A stretch of 64,000 bases of DNA. Source: Candidatus Woesearchaeota archaeon. GTDB lineage: Archaea; Nanobdellota; Nanobdellia; Woesearchaeales; JAZDKJ01. Numbering within the stretch: the first letter of the stretch is position 1; every line of letters begins with the position of its first letter. This document shows positions 1 through 9,633 of this stretch, piece by piece. A program made the position numbers and the translations under genes. The stretch covers positions 468,671 through 532,670 of the forward strand of contig JAZDKJ010000006.1 of NCBI GenBank assembly GCA_043803105.1, in the 5' to 3' direction. A model generated the notes under the pieces. That model did not search any database. It saw nothing but the letters and a program-made list of their open reading frames with translations, and was not told the DNA's origin.

Positions 1-866
1 GAATCTAATACTCCCTGGTCTGGATTAATCCTTGTTTCTCCTATCTGTATGTATTGAACGTACAGGTTTCTGTCTTCATTCTTCTCTGGATTGTAATAAT
101 CATTGTCAAAACCCATGTCCATGATTCCTGACCCTATCTCGTGTGCTACTGTGTAATTGCTGTTGTTGTGCACTGTCGCAGTGTATATTCTTGTTCCGTT
201 CAGGTAGATGCTCATGTTTGGATTTATTGTCCCGCTTGCGTATACTGTGAAGTAAGCTGCCTTTGTTATGTTGATTTCACTTAAGCAGTCAATCCTTCCG
301 ATAAAGTCTTGGTAAGGCATCACCACTTCCTTGTTGTATGCAAAGAAATGTATCTCCTGGTCTTTGTTCATTATTTCCGTTGTTATTTTAGCTTTTAGGA
401 ATGTCTTGTTAATTGAGAAGCTTACTGTTTTGTTCATTAACTCTCCTTTCTTTACTGTGATGTTTTCGTAATTGTCAAAATCTTGTTGTGTTTGGTTGCC
501 TTCTGTGATTTCTGCAAATATCCTTACTTCATACGTGAAGCTTCCGTTCTCAAGGTTATGGATGCTGAAAGTGTATGTTTGCAGTTGTCCTTCTGTGATC
601 ATCTTCGGCAGGTTTGTGTGGTTCTGGAAATATAGCTCTGTGAAGTATTCTGGTGCAGGCCTTGCAATTATGAGCGTGACTATTACAATCACTATTCCTA
701 TTGCGAGCGAGAATATGATTGCATTGTATAAAGTGTTTTCTTCCTTTTCTAGCTCTTCAGGTGTTTTTTGAGGAGCTTCTTCTGTAAGTCTCTTCCAGAG
801 GCTTTTCTTTTTTGGCTGTGTCGTCTTGCTCTTTTTCCAGTACCTTGGGGCCTCTATCTCGTTCAT
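1..866 (-). CDS. Membrane-anchored hypothetical surface protein; C-terminus lies beyond the window edge
   Basis: Absent from the ORF track because no stop lies in the window. ATG at 866 opens an uninterrupted minus-strand frame to position 1 (MNEIEAPRYWKKSKTTQPKKK...). Basic N-terminus, one TM helix (AIIFSLAIGIVIVIVTLIIA), then an ectodomain rich in N-X-S/T sequons. Confidence 0.55.
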   Translation of the reverse strand, partial: MNEIEAPRYWKKSKTTQPKKKSLWKRLTEEAPQKTPEELEKEENTLYNAIIFSLAIGIVIVIVTLIIARPAPEYFTELYFQNHTNLPKMITEGQLQTYTFSIHNLENGSFTYEVRIFAEITEGNQTQQDFDNYENITVKKGELMNKTVSFSINKTFLKAKITTEIMNKDQEIHFFAYNKEVVMPYQDFIGRIDCLSEINITKAAYFTVYASGTINPNMSIYLNGTRIYTATVHNNSNYTVAHEIGSGIMDMGFDNDYYNPEKNEDRNLYVQYIQIGETRINPDQGVLD

Positions 867-1045
867 AAGCCTGGTGTTCCCTGTGCCTTATTTAAAGGTT
901 TATTGCTGTGGTGACTTTTATGATCATCTAAAACACCTTAAACTTGGAGTATTATACCGAGGCCAAGAAAATCGTCATTACATGGTATCTGTTATATTTT
1001 TGTAACATTTGTAATAAAATTATAACTTTTACCTCTTTCTTCTTT

Positions 1046-1528
1046 TCAACCTGGTCGGGTTATTTTTCCAGAAAGCTTTCTCCTATATTCATCCACTTCC
1101 TTCTCAGTCAGGCGCGACACCACTTCATCAAAGTTGGCAACAAATATTTTCGCTTCTTGAAGCATTTTTCTCACTGTTGGCGCTTGGCCAACCCTCATGT
1201 AGTACTGGGCGTCTATCCTCTTATTTTTGTGCTCGTTAATCGTTCTGGTCGTGTCTTCCCCTAAGAGAAATGTTGCGGCCAGGATTGAGCAGGCATGATT
1301 CTGGCATTTGATGCCGATTTTTTGGAGGAAGGAGTAGAGGGCATAGTATTCTGAATAGTAAATGGCCACAGTTGCCCACAAAAGGTCGTTATCATTCAGG
1401 TCCTTCTCTGCGCGCAGCAAGGATGATTTGGCTTCTTTCAGGTAGGATTTTGACAGGTTTTCATTTGGTTCAGTCAGCCTTAGGCCATCCTTCAGCCCAA
1501 AACACCATCTGATTTGTCTATCTGGCAT
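1046..1528 (-). CDS. HEPN-domain protein, partner of the upstream nucleotidyltransferase
   Basis: 160 aa helical protein. Its start overlaps the stop of the MNT gene, the typical MNT-HEPN operon arrangement. Confidence 0.65.
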   Translation of the reverse strand: MPDRQIRWCFGLKDGLRLTEPNENLSKSYLKEAKSSLLRAEKDLNDNDLLWATVAIYYSEYYALYSFLQKIGIKCQNHACSILAATFLLGEDTTRTINEHKNKRIDAQYYMRVGQAPTVRKMLQEAKIFVANFDEVVSRLTEKEVDEYRRKLSGKITRPG

Positions 1529-2102
1529 AGTGGTCCCACATTAAGTTAACATAGAGTGAATGGTTGTTTAGTATCACGTGACTTTCTTCTATCTCTTTGA
1601 TTAGTGGTTCGTTCTGCCTGATGGCTTTGACAAGTGTTCCTTGCTGCATTGCAACCTTGTGAATGTTTACTGGCAATAGTTGGAAAGCCTGCACCTGCTT
1701 TGTTGAGGGCTCTTGAACTATGAGTATGTCCACGTCCGAGTCTTTTGTTGAGGTCATCTTTGCATAGCTGCCGAAGACAACTATCAGCAAGTTTGTGTTG
1801 ATTGCCTTGAGAAAGGTCTTGAAGAAGCCGTAATGTTCCAGGAACCGGATTGTTTGGTAAATCTCTGCTTGGAGCAGCATTGACTTTGCTTGAACGTTTT
1901 CAAGATTGAGGGCAAAATATTTATTCTTTCCTTCCAGGCTGCTTCTTAATAAGGTCTCTTTTTCTAAGGTTGCAAGCACGTTTTGTGCTGTCTTAAGTGG
2001 CATTTTTGTCAACCTCGAGATTTCCCTTAGGTAAAATCTCTTCCTGTAGTCTGTCCTGAATAGTGAAATGACGTCAAAAACATTGTTTCTTTTTGGATAC
2101 AT
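1518..2102 (-). CDS. Minimal nucleotidyltransferase (MNT) with N-terminal winged-HTH
   Basis: GS-X10-DSDVDILIV nucleotidyltransferase motif (VVFGSYAKMTSTKDSDVDILIV). N-terminal wHTH (FYLREISRLTKMPLKTAQNVLATLEKE). ATG at 2102 lies downstream of the TATA-like CTTAAATAGT. Confidence 0.8.
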   Translation of the reverse strand: MYPKRNNVFDVISLFRTDYRKRFYLREISRLTKMPLKTAQNVLATLEKETLLRSSLEGKNKYFALNLENVQAKSMLLQAEIYQTIRFLEHYGFFKTFLKAINTNLLIVVFGSYAKMTSTKDSDVDILIVQEPSTKQVQAFQLLPVNIHKVAMQQGTLVKAIRQNEPLIKEIEESHVILNNHSLYVNLMWDHYAR

Positions 2103-2174
2103 ATGTATCAATAAGTATACAATACTATTTAAGCCTTGCCTTTTTTTAATACTCCTGAGACAACCCTATTCATA

Positions 2175-2483
2175 TCACGTACTGCCTTTTTCACTCTTGA
2201 TTCCCCTTCCTCTGTGTATCCTCTCCATTACGTCCTCTTCCTTGAACCCTTTCTTCTTTGCAAAATCTCTTCCCCTCTTTGACAGTTTCCTGTTTAGCTC
2301 TCTGCCGAGCTTGATTGCTTCCTCTTCAGTGAAAGTGCTTTTCTCCTTGAATTTTTTTATGAATTCCAGCTCTTGCACCTTGTCGTTGAAAGCCTGCCTG
2401 GCTATTGCGCTCCAGTTTATCTCCGCAAAATTGTCCATTTTCCTTTTCAGCTCATTAGGCAATGCAATTGTCATGTTTACCAT
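2175..2483 (-). CDS. Ribbon-helix-helix type antitoxin-like protein
   Basis: MVNMTIALPNELKRKMDNFAEINWSAIARQAF resembles the two RHH genes at 18.5-18.9 kb. TATA-like GTTTAAATATT lies ~33 nt upstream of the ATG at 2483. Confidence 0.5.
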   Translation of the reverse strand: MVNMTIALPNELKRKMDNFAEINWSAIARQAFNDKVQELEFIKKFKEKSTFTEEEAIKLGRELNRKLSKRGRDFAKKKGFKEEDVMERIHRGRGIKSEKGST

Positions 2484-2719
2484 AGTATCACCCTGTGTAT
2501 TATGTGTAAACATGTGTGAATATTTAAACATTATGTTCATTACCAGTAAAGTTGGCTTAATAAGACTATATCTCTCTTTTCCGAAAATCTTCCTGTTCTT
2601 GCCTGTTTATTCTCTTTCCAATTCATGAACATTTATGATTAGTTATTACTATTAAGAAACAAAAAGGTTTAAATACTATCTAGGAGTACTAGCGAATATT
2701 CAGATTAGGGGATGTTTAG

Positions 2720-3694
2720 ATGAACGACTTAAATACAGTTTACAAGCTAGTTACTATCTTTCTTTATAGCGTTTTCTTTACCTATGCTGCAGTCTATTAC
2801 TTTAAGAAAAAGTGCGTCAAATATGGCTATTTGGTTGAGGACAAATACAAGCCTGGGAAGCCAAAGATTCCTACTTTGGGTGGAATTCCTATGTTTGTTG
2901 GTGTTATGGCCTCGCTTTCCCTTTCTCAGTTGCTTGTTAAGAATGGAGCTATAGGTAAATTGTTCATTTTCTATTTTGTTGTTACAGTTTACACGCTTTA
3001 CGGTGTTGTTGATGACATGTTCTCCTTCAAGCAGAGATATGATAAGATTCTGATATTGCTTGTTTTAAGTCTTCCTATTGCTTCACTGATTTCGATTAAT
3101 ACTATCTCTGTTTTTGGCCATTCTTTCTATTTTGATGGCTTTTTGCCTTATTTGCTTGTGCCTTTGTATATTATGGTGGTTGCCAACCTTGTTAATGTCT
3201 ATTCCGGCTTTAATGGCCTTGCTACTGGTCTAACCTTGATCATGTTCATCTTTGCCGGTGTCAAGTCTTACCTTGTTTCTGGCTTGGATAATCTTATTTA
3301 CCTTTTACCGTGCTTTGGTGCCTTGCTAGTGTTTTATTTCTTCAACAAGTATCCTGCCTCATTCCATGAAGGCAATGTTGGAGCTTTCATGATAGGCTCC
3401 ACCTTGGGAGCTTTCCTGATCATTAGCAAGCTGGAGGTCTTTGGTTTGCTTTTGTTGTTGCCTCACATTGTCAACTTCATCCTTGACACTTGGGTTCTTA
3501 CGATTCGCAAAGTGCCTGATGTCAAGTTTGGCAGAGTGAGAAGGGATGGAACAATAGAGGTGCCTTATACCGTGAGGCACAAGAGCTTGAAGTTCATTGC
3601 TGCTCATTACCTCAAGCTCACCGAGAGCTCTGCAGTATGGCTTCTGTATATCCCCACAATCATTTGTGGGTTGATAGGGGTGTGGTATCTTTGA
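2720..3694 (+). CDS. UDP-GlcNAc:dolichyl/polyprenyl-phosphate GlcNAc-1-P transferase (GT4/MraY-WecA-AglH family)
   Basis: Polytopic membrane protein with VDDMFSFKQRYDK and NVYSGFNGLATG motifs, characteristic of the polyprenyl-phosphate N-acetylhexosamine-1-P transferase family. Confidence 0.85.
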   Translation: MNDLNTVYKLVTIFLYSVFFTYAAVYYFKKKCVKYGYLVEDKYKPGKPKIPTLGGIPMFVGVMASLSLSQLLVKNGAIGKLFIFYFVVTVYTLYGVVDDMFSFKQRYDKILILLVLSLPIASLISINTISVFGHSFYFDGFLPYLLVPLYIMVVANLVNVYSGFNGLATGLTLIMFIFAGVKSYLVSGLDNLIYLLPCFGALLVFYFFNKYPASFHEGNVGAFMIGSTLGAFLIISKLEVFGLLLLLPHIVNFILDTWVLTIRKVPDVKFGRVRRDGTIEVPYTVRHKSLKFIAAHYLKLTESSAVWLLYIPTIICGLIGVWYL

Positions 3695-3702
3695 GAATTC
3701 TT

Positions 3703-4812
3703 ATGCTAGGTGTCAAGGAATATCCTTACGGTGTCTCGGCCAAGTTTGAGAGTTCTCCTGGTGGCGGCACTGCCAAGTATGTGATTGCCTTGGCTCAAGG
3801 TCTAGTAAAAAAAGGCCACACTGTTGACTTAATAGTACGGCGAATGCCTGGTCAAAAGAGCTTTGAATTATCAAAGGGCATCAACATACATAGGGTGGCT
3901 TGGATAAATAATAAGTACCTTCGTCTGCCGGTCTTTAATCTTATGGCTTTCTTTAGGGGTCTCAAGCTAGCCAAGAAATCGGACGTGATTCATTGTCACG
4001 GAAGTTTTTCCCCATTTTTTGGTTTAACCTTAGGTAGATTGTACCTCAAAAGGGTAATTGGTACACCTCATGGGACAACATCTTTCGCAATGCGGTATAA
4101 ATACGGTAGAATCTTAACAAGTGTAGTTGAGTATCTGGAACGCACAACTTTCTCACGTTTGGACTCAATTGCTTTTCTGAGCGAGCAAGAGGAAAAGAAC
4201 ATTTGCACCTCGTTGTTACTTACTCCAAAGAAATCTGTAATCATTCCTCCTGCAATAAGGGTGCCAAAATACCGACCAGTTGCAAAATCAAGAAAATTTA
4301 GGATTATTTTTGTGGGTAGAATTGCCCCGGTCAAAAAGATAGACAATCTGATAACTGCACTGGCCTTGCTTCCCACGGATATTAGGAACAAAGTGGAATT
4401 GCTTATTCTCGGTGAAGGTGATCAAAAATCAGAGCTTGTTGAGCTGGCAAAGAATCTCAAAGTTGATCATTTGGTGAAATTTGTGGGTTACACCACTAAT
4501 GTTTTTGGTTACTTAAGGAGTTCAGACTTGTTTATCCTCCCCTCAGAACGTGAAGGTTTTCCTTGCTCTGTTCTGGAAGCCATGAGCGTTGGCACAGCTA
4601 TTGCCTTACCTGCTTTGGGTCTGCCGATTTCATCCTTGTATGCAATGAAAGATAACAACCCCAAAACCATTGCCAAGACCGTTTGTCTCTTCTTGTCTCA
4701 GCCAGACCTCTCAAAGAAATTCGGATCCCGGTCGCAAATTGAGTTTAACGAAAGATTTAGCGTTGATTCTTTGGTAAACAGACATCAGCATCTTTACAGT
4801 GATGTGGCATGA
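3703..4812 (+). CDS. Glycosyltransferase family 4 (GT-B)
   Basis: EX7E-type motif SEREGFPCSVLEAMSVGTA and FVGRIAPVKK. Start is taken at ATG 3703; an in-frame TTG at 3691 is also possible. The track ORF start at 3637 overlaps the upstream gene. Confidence 0.85.
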   Translation: MLGVKEYPYGVSAKFESSPGGGTAKYVIALAQGLVKKGHTVDLIVRRMPGQKSFELSKGINIHRVAWINNKYLRLPVFNLMAFFRGLKLAKKSDVIHCHGSFSPFFGLTLGRLYLKRVIGTPHGTTSFAMRYKYGRILTSVVEYLERTTFSRLDSIAFLSEQEEKNICTSLLLTPKKSVIIPPAIRVPKYRPVAKSRKFRIIFVGRIAPVKKIDNLITALALLPTDIRNKVELLILGEGDQKSELVELAKNLKVDHLVKFVGYTTNVFGYLRSSDLFILPSEREGFPCSVLEAMSVGTAIALPALGLPISSLYAMKDNNPKTIAKTVCLFLSQPDLSKKFGSRSQIEFNERFSVDSLVNRHQHLYSDVA

Positions 4813-5897
4813 AAGTTCAAACCAATTTCCAGAAAGTGGGTTTAACAAAGATTGTTGCAAGATTTGTTGCAAACAAGCTCTTAAAATACTCTATCGCCCA
4901 GAAAGCACTTTTTCTATTTGGTTTGGCTTTTCTTCAAGTTCCGAAGGAAAATCGAAAGTCAGATTATTGTAAAAATTTCTTTGTGGTTGTTACCGTTGAC
5001 GTTGAACCAGGTTATGTAGATACGGATGGTTCAAAGAATTGGCATGCCAAAGATGCTTTTGAGGGTTACATTTACGGTCTGCAAAATCTGCTTGCCCTAG
5101 CAAAGAAGCACAACGTTAAATTTACTTTCTTGCTGGATACTCATGCGTTCAGCGCAAAAGGAAAGGCATACAGGGATATTGTTAGGCAGTTGAAACAACT
5201 TTTAAGGGAAGGCCATGAGCTGGGATTTCATCTGCACCCAAAAGATGACCTTGCCCTCCAAAAAAAGCTCGGAAAGAAATTTGACTACACTTGCGCATCC
5301 TTCTATAATACAAAAGAAATTGTGAGTATGCTTAAGGCAGGAAGAGAGCTAATTAGGGAGCACTTGGGTCACAAAATAGAAAAAGAAGTTGTTAGTTTCC
5401 GCTGGGGCAATTGGGGTCTTTCTAGCCAGGGAGTCAAGGCACTAGCCAGAACTGGTTTTAGGATAGACACTTCATCATGTCCAGGTATCAAGCGTCATCA
5501 AGCAGATGACTTGCGATGCGACTGGACGGGAATCACCACAACTCAGCCTTGGTTGTTGAATTCTTCAGACCTTAAAGACACTTTGAATGGTAATTCAGTT
5601 GTGATGGAAATTCCCATAGCTACTGCTACTTTGTTCAACAAGGTAATCCTTGCTGATCCAAACTATTCCACATTGTTACAAGTGTTGTTTCGGAAACATT
5701 ACTACATGGCTCAAAGTTACCACAATTCGTATTCGTTTGTAGTTTTTACACATAGCAATGAAGCCACATTAAAAGATGGACAATCAACCCCTACATTACA
5801 GCAACTTGACAACTTTCTAAATTACCTTAAGGATTACAATTACGTGAAAGTGGTGCCGCTACATAAGGCAGGCCAAATCCTGAGAGGTCTGAAATGA
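4809..5897 (+). CDS. Polysaccharide deacetylase-like protein (resembles the exosortase/PEP-CTERM-locus subtype)
   Basis: VVVTVDVEPGY near the N-terminus and FHLHP. Sits in the EPS cluster and is translationally coupled on both sides. Confidence 0.5.
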   Translation: MKVQTNFQKVGLTKIVARFVANKLLKYSIAQKALFLFGLAFLQVPKENRKSDYCKNFFVVVTVDVEPGYVDTDGSKNWHAKDAFEGYIYGLQNLLALAKKHNVKFTFLLDTHAFSAKGKAYRDIVRQLKQLLREGHELGFHLHPKDDLALQKKLGKKFDYTCASFYNTKEIVSMLKAGRELIREHLGHKIEKEVVSFRWGNWGLSSQGVKALARTGFRIDTSSCPGIKRHQADDLRCDWTGITTTQPWLLNSSDLKDTLNGNSVVMEIPIATATLFNKVILADPNYSTLLQVLFRKHYYMAQSYHNSYSFVVFTHSNEATLKDGQSTPTLQQLDNFLNYLKDYNYVKVVPLHKAGQILRGLK

Positions 5898-7015
5898 AAG
5901 AGCATACGTGTATTAAGGTTGCCCAGGTGTTTAATTTCGATCCCGCAAACGCCAAAGCAAAAGGTGTTCCTATTTTCTTGATTAAATTCCTTGATGAATT
6001 AAGAAAAAAAGGTGTTAGGGTTACTGTGATAGGAAGGAAGTATAATCCAAGAGATGTTGATTGGTTAAGCTATACCTTTTATCCATTATTTGTTGGTAAC
6101 AAAAGCTCACCTCTAAAATTTGGTCTGAAACTATTTCTATATGGCAACAAATATGTAACCGATGACACCATCATCAATGTACATAGGTTGGAATATCTCC
6201 TTGCTTTTTTTCTTCGTAACAATCCTAAAGTTGTCACGTACCACACAAATATGAGGACTGCTATGTTCTTTCGAAAAGGATGGTTATTTGGTTCCTTCTA
6301 CGCCCTAATGGAAACCCTTGTGTTGAGGTACCATAAATGGTTCAACATTAAAGCAATTGTATTTGTAAGTACCAAGCTAAAGAATGATTATGTTAATTTG
6401 TATCCATCAATAAGAGAAAATTGTGTCGTTCTGCCATTTGGCTGTGACAAATCAGTTTTTCGCGTTTTGCGCAGGACTTCTTTGCGGAAGAAATGGGGTT
6501 TGCCTCGTAATAGCAGATTGTTCTTATATGTGGGCCGGTTAGTTAAGGAAAAACAAGTCGATATACTTGTTAGAGCATTTAATAAGTTGAATCTTAATCG
6601 CTCCAAATTCTTAATAGTGGGGGATGGCCAGGAAAAACCTAATCTACTTCCTTTGGCTTCGGAGTCTGTGCATTTCTTAGGTGAACAAACATTGCCGTTA
6701 ATATGTGAACTGTACAATTGTGCTGACTGCACTTTGGTGGGTTCGCGCTTCGAAGGTGGACCAATTACCATATTCGAGTCTTTGGCGTGTGGTACTCCTG
6801 TAATAAGTACTCCTGTGGGAGCTGCCGTAGAAGTAATTGAGAATGGAATTAATGGGTATATTGTCAATAACCAACAGGAACTTATCGATAGAATGAGACA
6901 AGTTGTAACAATGAAAGAGAATATTAGAAGACGATGCGTGAAATCCGTTAAAGAATTTAATCCGCGCAATATGGCTCTCGGTTACATTTCTCTCTATCAC
7001 CGGTTCCAGGAATAA
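5894..7015 (+). CDS. Glycosyltransferase family 4
   Basis: YVGRLVKEKQ and SRFEGGPITIFESLACGTPVI motifs. Confidence 0.85.
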   Translation: MKEHTCIKVAQVFNFDPANAKAKGVPIFLIKFLDELRKKGVRVTVIGRKYNPRDVDWLSYTFYPLFVGNKSSPLKFGLKLFLYGNKYVTDDTIINVHRLEYLLAFFLRNNPKVVTYHTNMRTAMFFRKGWLFGSFYALMETLVLRYHKWFNIKAIVFVSTKLKNDYVNLYPSIRENCVVLPFGCDKSVFRVLRRTSLRKKWGLPRNSRLFLYVGRLVKEKQVDILVRAFNKLNLNRSKFLIVGDGQEKPNLLPLASESVHFLGEQTLPLICELYNCADCTLVGSRFEGGPITIFESLACGTPVISTPVGAAVEVIENGINGYIVNNQQELIDRMRQVVTMKENIRRRCVKSVKEFNPRNMALGYISLYHRFQE

Positions 7016-7016
7016 A

Positions 7017-8588
7017 ATGCCAAGTACAATGAAACAGCACCTAATAATATTATTCCTACTTCTTTTCAACACGGCACTAAGGCTCCCCCTAAGCATGCAC
7101 TTAATACGAAACAATGACAGTATCTTTATTCTTGGCGCGGTACGTTCCATAATTCATCACGGGTATCTAGTATGGAATTCTACTATATTCTCTCCTTTTG
7201 GGTTAAGTACATTTTCTTATCCTGTAGGTTACCCTGTATGGTTGTCATTAATTACTCAAGTTCTAGGTCTGGATCCTGAAACTGTTGGAGTTCTCTTTTT
7301 TCTGATTGTTCTACCAATCTCTTTTTCTGTTTTTTATCTGATGTTGAGGAGAATATCCAACAATTTTGTTTTTATTTTCTCATCACTATTTCTACTTTAC
7401 ATAACTCCAAATATCTTTCTAAATTCCTCTGCTATAATAACAGCCAGACAACTGTATATTTACATCCTAGGGCCAGCGGTGTTGTTTATGTTCCAGAAGT
7501 ATATTGATAAGCCCACCTTCAAGACTTTAGTTTTCCTGATTATTATATCATTAGTTATGTTTTTGGTACATCGGCTTGGATTTATTCTTGTTGCTCTTGT
7601 TCTCATTATTTACTTGATAATCAGATTGCACAGCAAAACAAAAATAATATTGCAAGAAAAATTGATTGCAATTTCTTTAGGTTTTTTCATGATTTTAATG
7701 TTGATGCTACAGGTTTTGGATTTAAGAATCTGGCAAAAATTATTCTACTCCAACCTCAGTGACTATTATCTGTACAACACACAAAACATCCTATTGACAA
7801 AACTGATTGCCACTGGATACAAGATCCTCAATTCTGTGGGTATTTCTTGGTTCTTAGTTGCAATAGGAATATTTTTCTTGATAAAAAGGGCACGCAAAAT
7901 GGAGGTTCTAATATGCTTTATAGGTTTCTTGATTACTACACTGCTTATTAATTGGGTTTATTTTCCTTATGTTGTCTACCTTTTTATGGTTCCTTTGGCC
8001 GGATTAATTATTACTGAAGCGTGTAATTTCATACCGGGCAGAAGAACTAAAATTGTCTTTCTCATACTTGTTTATGTTATGGCTTTTGGCTTGATAATGT
8101 ACAAAATCAATTATAATTATCGTCAAACTTATACACCTTGGAATGACAATATATACAGTTTCACCGATTATTACAGTGACAATTACCACTGCGAGGCTAT
8201 GAGCTCAAACGACAACGAATTGCTATTTATGATTCAAGCAAAAGTTGACTGTCCCGTATTTGGAAAGCCAAGAAACATGATGCTGGTAAATAGTTCAAAA
8301 CAGGATAGTCCTCTTATTGTATCCAAAATTGACGATGTATTATTTAAGAAACAGGTCTTTGGATCATCGGACGAGGAGCTGTTCTTTAACTCTTACTATG
8401 ACCTCAATATGGACAAATTGTCTCCTCAATTGCAAAGAAGATTTGGGTTGCGTTATTATTTGCAAAATGAAGAAAGTGGCTTATTTAACAATTATGATCA
8501 GTATATCCCTGCTAAAATTCTTTTGCGGTTGAGCTCCCGAAATAATAAATTATATGATAACGGAAAACAGGCATTTTGGAGGATTTAG
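7017..8588 (+). CDS. Polytopic membrane protein, GT-C / polymerase-like
   Basis: About 12 predicted TM helices followed by a soluble C-terminal domain. Position in the cluster suggests a Wzy-like polymerase or GT-C transferase. No diagnostic motif was recognised. Confidence 0.45.
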   Translation: MPSTMKQHLIILFLLLFNTALRLPLSMHLIRNNDSIFILGAVRSIIHHGYLVWNSTIFSPFGLSTFSYPVGYPVWLSLITQVLGLDPETVGVLFFLIVLPISFSVFYLMLRRISNNFVFIFSSLFLLYITPNIFLNSSAIITARQLYIYILGPAVLFMFQKYIDKPTFKTLVFLIIISLVMFLVHRLGFILVALVLIIYLIIRLHSKTKIILQEKLIAISLGFFMILMLMLQVLDLRIWQKLFYSNLSDYYLYNTQNILLTKLIATGYKILNSVGISWFLVAIGIFFLIKRARKMEVLICFIGFLITTLLINWVYFPYVVYLFMVPLAGLIITEACNFIPGRRTKIVFLILVYVMAFGLIMYKINYNYRQTYTPWNDNIYSFTDYYSDNYHCEAMSSNDNELLFMIQAKVDCPVFGKPRNMMLVNSSKQDSPLIVSKIDDVLFKKQVFGSSDEELFFNSYYDLNMDKLSPQLQRRFGLRYYLQNEESGLFNNYDQYIPAKILLRLSSRNNKLYDNGKQAFWRI

Positions 8589-8589
8589 A

Positions 8590-9594
8590 ATGAAAATTCG
8601 ATTCATAAAACGCAAGTCTTTCACTGGTGGTGAGTCATACGAGAAGATATTGGAAGATGTTCTGAGAAAGCATTACGATTTCAATTCTACTGCTATTAAC
8701 ATCAAAACTAAGCTGAACAATAGGAATAATTTGTTATACAATATTAAAAGAATTGTTCCACGCCTATATTTGGCCTGTAAACTAATCTTCATTAAAAAGG
8801 GAGATGATATTGTGATTCGTGATTTCTTTGGAGCAGCTTTTCTTGCTTGCAACTACAAAGCCAGCAAAGTAAACGTAGTTTTGGTACACCATATTGACAA
8901 AACGGTTTTAACCCATAAATGGATGTATGGTCTGCTGGAATTTATGTTCTACAGGAATCTTAAGTATGCAGACTACATAGTAACTGTGTCGCAAACTTGG
9001 AAGAAAATCTTCGAAAATCGAGGTTTCCATAATGTTAGAGTGATTGAGAATGCCTTTGATATCTCTGATTTTAGTATCACTGATACAGAGGTTTCAAAAT
9101 TCAAAAGAAAATATGGACTTCATGATAAACCAGTTATTTATCTCGGAAATTGTCAAGAGGCAAAGGGAGTAAAAGAGGCTTTTGAAGCCCTTAAGGACCT
9201 AAATGTTTATCTAGTAACTAGCGGAAAACAATGGGTTAACATTCCCGCTCAGAATCTTGATTTACCGTATAGGGATTACCTAACTCTGCTTAAATCTTCT
9301 ACCATAGTACTAACCATGTCAAAATTCAATGAAGGATGGTGTAGAACTGCTCACGAAGCAATGTTACTTGGCACACCGGTGATAGGAAGCGGTAGAGGTG
9401 GAATGCACGACCTTTTGACAGGTGGTGGTCAAATTATTTGTAACTTTGACGACCTAAAAGAAAAAGTTGAATTGCTTCTGTCGAAAAAATATCTTTACGA
9501 GAAGCATTCCCGGCAAGGTCAGAGATTTGCTAAAAAATTTGATTTGAAACGTTTTGAAAGTCGATGGATTAATTTCATTGAATCCATTTATTGA
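8590..9594 (+). CDS. Glycosyltransferase (GT4-like)
   Basis: SKFNEGWCRTAHEAMLLGTPVIGS is an EX7E-like motif. ATG 8590 is preceded by GGAGGA and follows the upstream stop by 1 nt. Confidence 0.7.
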   Translation: MKIRFIKRKSFTGGESYEKILEDVLRKHYDFNSTAINIKTKLNNRNNLLYNIKRIVPRLYLACKLIFIKKGDDIVIRDFFGAAFLACNYKASKVNVVLVHHIDKTVLTHKWMYGLLEFMFYRNLKYADYIVTVSQTWKKIFENRGFHNVRVIENAFDISDFSITDTEVSKFKRKYGLHDKPVIYLGNCQEAKGVKEAFEALKDLNVYLVTSGKQWVNIPAQNLDLPYRDYLTLLKSSTIVLTMSKFNEGWCRTAHEAMLLGTPVIGSGRGGMHDLLTGGGQIICNFDDLKEKVELLLSKKYLYEKHSRQGQRFAKKFDLKRFESRWINFIESIY

Positions 9595-9633
9595 ACAATT
9601 TGAATAGCTTATGGGATATATTTTTGGTGTCAA

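Noticed and set aside
794-805. The 12-nt match TCCAGAGGCTTT to the tRNA-Thr 3'-end duplicate (56928-56939) could define a 56 kb island.
   Set aside because: It lies inside a coding region on the other strand. The intervening DNA includes housekeeping-like genes and another complete integrated element. A single 12-mer match is within chance after multiple looks.
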